Origin: Octopus bimaculoides
Lineage: Eukaryota
Direction of reading: 5' to 3'
Assembly (NCBI RefSeq): GCF_001194135.2
Contig: NC_068981.1
Coordinates: 143,905,379 to 143,962,588 of the forward strand
DNA length: 57,210 bases
Positions 49,090 through 57,210 of the stretch are shown in pieces. A program made the position numbers and the translations under genes. Within the stretch, counting starts at the first letter, position 1, and every line of letters begins with the position of its first letter. The notes under the pieces are model-generated. The model ran no database searches. It had not been told where the DNA came from and saw nothing but the letters and a program-made list of their open reading frames with translations.

Positions 49090-50270
49090 TTTTTTAAAGT
49101 AGCATGAAGGTTTGAATGCTTTGTTTTCTTCTTACGAACTTCTAATTCTTCTTTATAACAAATCAGCGCTATCATTACAGATCTTTAAACTTTCACTCTT
49201 TGTGCTTCGTTCACAATTTTCATCGTTTTTCGCTTTTATCTATTTTTTCTTTTTTTTTTTTGTAATTCGTTCTAAAATATTTTTTTCTTTTTATAAAATA
49301 TCTTTGATAAAAATCTGTGTGCTTAAAATCTACTTTGGAGGACTGTCTTCTTTGGTATCTGGACTGGAGATTTGTGTTTCTAATAACTCCAGAAGGTTTA
49401 CATTGGAGAGGTTTCAAGTTCTGTATTGTAATAAATTCTGAATATCACATGCATCAATTTCTTCAAATACTGCTTTTTGTACCATTTGTACAAGCCTGTT
49501 GTTGACTAGGGTTGTTTTTTCTATCATATGCGCTTCTTTAACTATATTTTGGCACAGTTTCTTTTATACTAAATCCAAAGGAGAATACATGTTGAACTTC
49601 TTTCCTAGCGATCTTAGTGTTTGTTTTTTTAATTGTTTGCATAATGTAATTTTTCCAGAGTCTTTGAATGTTAGATTCTTTGAAGGTCCGATCAGTCGCT
49701 CTGATCAAATGATGTAAAGGTTCTCTTGGGATATTATGCCTTGAAAACGCAAATAACTCCCTGATCCATAAGCTGTAATGGTAATGTGTTCAGTGGAATG
49801 AAAACAACTTCAATAGCTACGCACGTTTGGAATGAATCAAGATTTGAAGGATGACTCGACGTGTCACTCAAAATCAGAAGTGCATTCAACCCTGAATTAT
49901 TCTTCTCATCATAACACTGGAGACTAGGACAGAAATATCCAACGAAATATTCTCTAAAAAATCATTACTATTTAATTTCCTTATAAAAGTTAGACGACAT
50001 TTTAGATACACTTTTCATTACCATGGAGTATGGAACTGATAAATAAGCAATGAGTTAAATTTCAAATCTCCAGTGCAATGATCTGTCATTACTTTATACC
50101 CTGTTGCTTTGTTTGAAAGTATTGGAGTGCAACTGGTTCCGCAATTACCACGTACGTTTACTTTTAAAACTAAACTTAATGTGAATTTACTACTTTTCAA
50201 AGACCTGTCAAATATACTGGAAATTCCGATGCAACCTGGAGGACTGCACATCCTGGTTCCCATGTAAGCG
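49090..50270 (-). mobile_element. Decayed Tigger/pogo DNA transposon (DDE transposase remnant)
   Basis: Minus, several frames: GYKVMTD..TGDLKFNSLLIYQFHTP; FREYFVGYFCPSLQCYDEKNNSGLNALLILSDTSSHPSNL; IEVVFIPLNT; LQLMDQGVICVFKA; VFEEIDACDIQNLLQYRT.NLSNVNLLELLE; DENCERS. Colinear with Tigger motifs. Confidence 0.85.
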
Positions 50271-50789
50271 AGATGCTACGGAGATTAGATCATTTCCTGA
50301 TCTTTCAACCTATCCACGACAAATAGCACGTTTGCTTGACTTTCTTAAAATTTTTCAACCGTTTAAAGAAATTCAACGTTTTTCAAGAGTAGAAAATTAC
50401 TGTATAACACGTCATTTACCAAAACGCTTGACTTCAATATTTCTATGATTTTGCAGCGCACTTATGCTATCTTAGATGTATTATATTCATATTAATTCTG
50501 CATGGAAACTTTTGTCAGATTGATTTATAAAGTATTATAAAGCCGAGCAACTGCATTCTATATTCAAATCTTGCCGAGGTCAAATTTTACTTTCAACCCT
50601 CAAAATTCGATAACTATAGAGCCGGTCGAGAGTGATAGATTGGTGGAATAGCTAGAGTGTCTATCTAGATACCTTGTGGTCCCTGTACTGGCTCTTTGCG
50701 TTTTGTGTTCAAACTGTTCACCTTACTGAAGACTTATCACTACTAAGGTCATTCTAAATCCCGGCATCAATTTCAGTGTAAAAAAAAAG

Positions 50790-50990
50790 AGACTATGCAG
50801 AAACCTAATAAACGTGCACAAAACAACGTGGAAGATTTTACAAAAAACATTTCGCATCGGCAGCGGCCAAAAAGACACATAAAACGTACATGTAACAGAA
50901 TTTTAGCAGGTTTTCTGGTACCTGTGTAAAACGGGGATGAGAATACTTTACAAGGTACAGAATGTTCTAGAAACATTTGTGAACACATTT
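50790..50990 (+). pseudogene. Possible piggyBac-like Cys-rich C-terminal remnant
   Basis: RPKRHIKRTCNR...QGTECSRNICEH resembles a terminal Cys-rich domain; weak. Confidence 0.2.
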
Positions 50991-51486
50991 AAACTGTGAG
51001 GAGGATTAAACGATATATTTTTTCTATTTTGAAATTTGATGTTATTTGATACAGGTCACTCCGTATATTTTAATTTGTTTCTTTTGGGTTTACGGTAGGG
51101 ATAGTATTTGCCTGGGTTGAGGATTCGTGTTACATCTTGGAAATTAGTTGTCTTCACATTTATAATTCAAATTCTATAAAAATTATAACTGGTGCTTTCT
51201 GAGCTTCTCCATTTCTTGCCTGTTCAGATTTGGGATACAGAGAACATGTGTATCGATAAAATCTTGTACGTCGAGCTTGTATTTACCATTTATCAACGTA
51301 TCAGTATATGTGTGTGCACGTATGAGTGTATATGTATCTATGTATGTTTGTGTGTGTTAATATACAGGTAAATACAATTATGTATATGTACATATATACA
51401 TTATATACATATTTATATATGTATACTAATAGGTTTTACTTTTGTCTATCTACTAATCTATCTATGTATGTATGTATCTATCTATC

Positions 51487-51543
<57 letters not shown>

Positions 51544-52308
51544 GTGTGCGCGCATGCACGTGTGTGCGTGTGCGTGTGTGTGTACGCGTCTGTGTGTGCA
51601 CGTGTGTATATATATATATATAAATATATATATATAGATAGATAGATGTAGATATATGTTTGTGTGTGCGTGTATATATATATATAAATACATAGTATGC
51701 ATGTGTGTGTCTATATGCATACATGTATACATACACACATACACACACACATACATACGTATATGTAATTGGGTGTGTATGTGTGTAAGTAGGTATTTAT
51801 GTATCAATATATGAATGTATATTTGTAATAACTTTCTTAAAACGTCTCTCGCTGAACCAGTCTATGTACACGGTCATCACGAAAAGCAATTATTCTCGTA
51901 TTCTCTGTCTTTTTACATAAGATATTTAGTCTCTTCAACTCTATTGCCGTTATGCCGTATTGACTATAATTGTCTACAATAATTTTAAATATATAACCAT
52001 ACATGTACAGAAAGCTTACTCAGAATATTGTTAAGTCTTCGTGGAAATAATTTCCTATTAATTGCAATCTCTTTCTTCAAAATATTCTGTCTATCTGTCT
52101 TATGTTTCATTATCTACATCGTACATAATTATATGTATATATAGATGTATGAAGCTATACGCGTGTGAATATCTAACTATGGTCATATATGTCAGTATTA
52201 ATGTCTACATTCATTTTGCTTGTCTGTGTGTATACATATATGTAATTGTGTGTGTGCGTGCGTGTGTGTGTATATGTATAACTATATATCTATATCTATA
52301 TCTATCTA

Positions 52309-52378
<70 letters not shown>

Positions 52379-53948
52379 TGTAACATTTGCAATTCAATTG
52401 TCCCCTACCTGTCCATTTTAGTTAGCTGTCTATACACACACAAACACACGCATTTATATGCATATATACATATGTATTTATGTATATCTGTTATTAATTG
52501 CACATTCAGTCTGGCTTTCCTATAGTTTATACCGCTTTATCTTGACACGTGGCAATCTATATGAATTGCACTCTCTAACTATATGTGTGTGTATATATAT
52601 ATATATATATATTTATTTATGTGTTTCAGCCAAGTGGCTGCGGTCATGCTGGTGCACCGATGGTAACAACGTAAGATGGAGAGGATAGGAAGGTAAGTGA
52701 AAGAGGAGGGTGAAATAATATAACTGAATAAATTATAAGAATATTGGAAGAAGGTAAAACGCAGTACATTATGTATGTATATATATATATATGTATGTAT
52801 ATAAATACATACGTACTCTTTGTGCTTGAGTATTTCAGTCTTATGCATATATACGTATGCGTGAAGGCATTTGCATAGATAAACACTCACATACATCGTG
52901 CAATCACTCATGCTTGATTATATTTCTAATTGGACCTTCATCCTTTCCGTTTATCTCTCGAGGTACTTTCACAATCTACATCACGTTAATTTCACTGCAT
53001 GTGACAGTTGGCCATAATTTATGTAAATAATTATTATTTGTTTTCGAATTGGCAGACATACTGTATATATTAAATGATTTGTGACACTTTCACATCCTTC
53101 ACAATGTTATTATTTATGTAAATGAAGAGAAACATCTTGAAATGGGAATCAAATCTGGTCTGTATTAGTTATCTTCTTATCTTACCCATTGCATATATGC
53201 AAATTCTGTACTTCATTTCAAGCTAATTAATAATGAGCTTTTTATATTCTTGAAGCTTCTGAATTGCAGATGATAGAAAATAGATGAGTGTTTTTGAATC
53301 TCTTGGAGTGATACTAATATACTTGCTGATCTTGAGTCAAAATTTGAAACCAATATGAAAGGTCGTTGTCCTTCGGAATTAATCGGTCGCACTGCTGTTA
53401 AAATTATTTCATGTGAATACCTTATTTCTTTTCTAAACTCCTTCATTAACTTTTATATTCAATCTATTATTTCTGGGTTGAGAGCCCTGCGGTAACTTTA
53501 TTCTCTGATATATTCCTGCAATATATCTTTCTCTTGAGCTCTGATCAAATGCCACACACACTAGAGAATAGCTCATATCTAAGGAAAAGTGAAGTACTTC
53601 TTTATGGTTTACTAAGACGAGAAAGAATACCGATTGTGCTTTGCAGAGTATCCAAAACTGATAAGAAAAAAGTGGAGAAACACAAACCAACTCTCGGATT
53701 GAATGCTTTCAATAACGTTGAGTTCATCCAGCTACATACACCCAACGACCTAGAGTTTAATAGAGTGAACAGTTGTGTCTATCACCTGGGAACAAGAACA
53801 TTTCATTTAACCAGCTTCCGTAGTCATCCAGCTATGAAAATCACTCGCTTGTAGAAAACAGTCACTATGCAGTGCATGGTGATTTTATCTAGACCCACGT
53901 GACTGCGAAACAAATTTGTGTTCGTATGTTAGTGCGGTCTCACGCACG

Positions 53949-53987
<39 letters not shown>

Positions 53988-54594
53988 AAACACACACAAA
54001 TACAAACACACGCACACACACATATACACACACTAATGTCACAAAAAAAAGTCGATTCAGTCGTTTAGTAAATATTATCTAACATCCTACACCCACTGAT
54101 TCACAGACTTGGCAACTCCAGTCTGACCCATATCTGTCATTTGTACGACTAGTGTTTGCTCCTCTGAACTAGCCTCTGACATATTTCTACTAATGCCTAG
54201 ATTCTCTTAACCCCTACTGTGGCTCCGTGTGCTAAAAATTTTCTCCACCCATTCTTCCCCATAGGCAGTAAGTGAACTCAGGACGTAAGAAAACAATAAA
54301 TACTTCTGCTCTGATAGTTCTGATAATCTAAAGCTTTTTACTGACTCGTCGATTATAAAATCACGTTGCCTTGCTATTTAAAACAAAAGAAGAACACATG
54401 CAAGATATAGTTTTAGATAATAAGGATTGAAAGACATTATATCTACAGCAGAGAGACCTTTCATCATAGACCTGTTTGATCAGGGGTGAGAGAGGCTAAG
54501 CAGAAATTTTCTAGTCAGCCTCTACACCAATCATAGGCAAAATGTAACAGCAGGACGTTCTGAAGGTTATACGTTACGTAAAATTACTTTGAAT

Positions 54595-54865
54595 TCATTA
54601 GTAGTGTGACTCGCCTGGTGGTGAGGTATATCTCGTGCGGTCCGCTTCTCGAAAAAGGTTGCTCATTCCTGCTCTACACATTTATCTATCTGCTAGAAAT
54701 AACAACTTTACTCCCAGAAAGCATAACTCGCCGTCTTACACAAAGTAAAGTCAGAATATAGTTCATCAAGTCAAAATCCTACGGATTTGCCACGGCTGGA
54801 ACACTCTCAATGATATCTTTTCTTTTGGTACAAGATCATCTGCAACTAAACAACAACAACAGAAA
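54595..54865 (+). mobile_element. SINE-like family C, old copy
   Basis: CTATCTGCTAGAAATAAC...GCCACGGCTGGAACA...GCAACTAAACAACAACAAC. Confidence 0.55.
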
Positions 54866-55189
54866 CAGCAACCGAGAAGATAAAATTTCTCTCGAAATAG
54901 AACAGATTAAATGGTGGTACTACTAGCGATCGTTCCTTTTTATAAAGATTTACTTTGAAAGCATGATGATTCACGGAAGGTTAAAAAAAATATGGCAGGC
55001 ACCAATCTATTGAATTCACGATAGCAGATATAGATAAAGATATTGTAAAAGTAAAAGTATAAGGGAATAACATCCTGGCTTTTACAGAATCTCGTGCAGT
55101 AATAAGGTGGTCGGGGTGTACACGTCGATAAATATACAAGACCTTCACGTTTGAGATAATCGCTCGCCAAAGAAGATTTATATAATTCT

Positions 55190-55207
55190 TGTAGTAGCAG
55201 TAGTAGC

Positions 55208-55262
<55 letters not shown>

Positions 55263-55305
55263 TTGGCGGTGGTGGTAGTAGTAGCAGCAGCAGCAGCAAC
55301 AACAA
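55190..55305. repeat. (AGT)n(GGT)n(AGC)n microsatellite
   Basis: Direct inspection. Confidence 0.95.
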
Positions 55306-55624
55306 GATTTGTAGGAATGATTTGTGGAAGATTAGATGAAAGATTTGAGCAGACGTAAAATTAACGAGAAGAGCTCTAAAAATGTTTTTTTTTTTTGTTT
55401 TTTTTACTTCACGAAAGAAGTTGCATTATAGCTTTAGTTTCAATACCGACTTTATAGGATCATAAAAAAAAATCATCATCACCGTCATCATCATCTTCAT
55501 CGTTATTGTCGTCGTCGTGGCGACGGCGGCGACAACGACGAAGACGATAATGATGAGAGAAATAGAAGAGGTAGAGGAGGAAAAGTAGATGAGGAAATGG
55601 GGACACGGAAGAGGAGTGCTTATA

Positions 55625-56022
55625 ACAACTACACCAGGCTAAAAAAATATATATACAAGTGGAAATTGTCGATTGACTGATACCTATTTTTCCGCTCCCA
55701 GAAAGATTGAAATCAAATTTTATCCTGGAACTCGAAATCGGAACGTTAAGGGATGTAAGTTAACGAACGCAAGGCACCTTCCTTAGCACTCGACCGATCC
55801 CGTCACTCAGCACTCAACTACTAGTAATAATAATGTTTTCTTACATAAGCACAAAATGAGGAATTGTACAATTACATCCTCCTTAGTACTCGACTGTCCC
55901 GATTTTATTGACTCTGGAAAGCTGAAGGTGAAAACTGACCATAGCGAGATTTGAACACATAACATGAAGAGCCGTAACTACATATAAGAAAGTTTGACCG
56001 ATGCTCTAATGATTCTGCCAAC
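55625..56022 (-). mobile_element. Two decayed SINE family B copies
   Basis: ACCTATTTTTCCGCTCCCAGAAAGATTGAAATC and ATTTTATTGACTCTGGAAAGCTGAAGGTGAAAACTGACC...ATTTGAACAC...AATGATTCTGCCA. Confidence 0.6.
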
Positions 56023-56585
56023 GAATTTTATTGATCATCTTTCTTCGTTCTGCCACATGAACAACTCAAATACGCAACTTTTAAACGCTGTAGCGATAGT
56101 AGTATACTTAGGAGTGAATACACACACATATATATAATCAGGGTACAAGATAGTAAGCAGCATTGCTAGAAATAGGCTCAAGAACACTTATACTGTAAAT
56201 CACCAGTGTGTATAAAAGATTTAGTGTGGTTCTTGAACCGTTTAGACTCTTATTTCTAGCAATGCTATGTACTGGCTTGTACCCTGATTATAAATTAATA
56301 ATTTCATCTTTTTCGTTATTTTATGCTCACTTCTCACTTATATCATTATCTTTTATTAATGATACCTTTATATATACATATTAATAATATCTTTATATAT
56401 ATATATATTATTGCGTCTAGGGAGAGTCATTCTCTTTTAGTGCCTTATTACTAAACATACGCACCGGTTCGATTTCTACTCATTTACTTATTTATTCATT
56501 TATTTATTTTTTCTAAAATTTTCGTTGCGTCTTGCAACCTCATCAATAGACGTTGCAAACCAAATACAAAACCGATATATATATA

Positions 56586-56765
56586 GGCGCAGGAGTGGCT
56601 ATGCGGTAAGTAGCTTGCTTACCAGCCACATGGTTCCGGGTTCAGTCGCACTGCGTGGCACCTTGGGCAAGTGTCTTCTACTACAGCCTCGGGCCGACCA
56701 AAGCTTTGTGAGTGGATTTGGTAGACGGAAACTGAAAGAAACCCGTCGTATATATGTATATATAT
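56586..56765 (+). mobile_element. SINE family A head, up to the internal (TA)n
   Basis: GGCGCAGGAGTGGCTATGCGGTAAG...GGGTTCAGTCGC...CACCTTGGGCAAGTGTCTTC. Confidence 0.92.
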
Positions 56766-56838
56766 ACTTGTTTCAGTAATTTGACTGCGGCCATGCTGGA
56801 GCACCGCCTTTAGTCGAGCGCAAATCGACCCCAGGACT
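56766..56838 (-). mobile_element. SINE family A tail, opposite orientation
   Basis: Reverse complement of ~20-90. Confidence 0.9.
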
Positions 56839-57078
56839 AATGTGCCTACTATGATAAGAATTTTTTCTGTTTTTAGACTCCACATTCGAGTTACTTGCTT
56901 CCAGATCTTTGTATTTTGAAAGTTTCTGTTTCTTTTAGAGAAAAACATTGTCATCTGTTGGTATTGATATTGATAAGAAAGTATTGTTTTCTTGGTGATC
57001 TCTGACAACTATAACCGGCATATTGGCCTTAGTTTCACTATCTGTGTGTATTGGCATATCTCAGAGTATGGTTACTTT
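56836..57078 (-). mobile_element. RLE-type non-LTR retrotransposon fragment covering the endonuclease motif region (copy D)
   Basis: KVTIL*DMPIHTDSETKANMPVIVVRDHQ...SIPTDDNV...KLSKYKDL..VTRMWSLKTEKILIIVGTL, cf. ILWDxPIxTDxxIxANRPDIVV..LIDxxIPxDxN..KExEKLSKYKDLEIE..RMW. Confidence 0.88.
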
Positions 57079-57129
57079 CTTCTTCTTCTTCTTCTTCTTC
57101 TTCTTCTTCTTCTTCTTCTTCTTCTTCTT

Positions 57130-57160
<31 letters not shown>

Positions 57161-57200
57161 ATATTATTGTCATTATTATTATTATTATTGTTCAGTAGTT
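57077..57200. repeat. (TTC)n then (TTA)n microsatellite
   Basis: Direct inspection. Confidence 0.97.
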
Positions 57201-57210
57201 TTATTTTTAT

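Overview
AT-rich, microsatellite-dense eukaryotic draft-assembly DNA with 16 N-gaps. The SINE repertoire looks like an octopus genome (inference from recalled repeat sequences, not a database search). I find no supportable host protein-coding exon, tRNA, rRNA or CRISPR array, so the window is probably intronic or intergenic. Almost all listed ORFs are microsatellite or N-gap artefacts. The window is a mosaic of mobile elements: at least four tRNA-derived SINE or SINE-like families; a decayed Penelope-like element (RT C-terminus, Cys linker, GIY-YIG); several Penelope-type pseudo-LTRs with minimal hammerhead-ribozyme folds; four 5'-truncated restriction-like-endonuclease (RLE, R4/Dong/Hero-type) non-LTR retrotransposon ends, each starting at a trinucleotide microsatellite; mariner, Tigger/pogo, CR1/Jockey-like and Helitron-like remnants; and an unclassified ~230-bp inverted repeat pair. 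The best leads are the variant hammerheads, the microsatellite-associated RLE elements and the inverted repeat. None is shown to be a new biological system. Coordinates of decayed elements are approximate.
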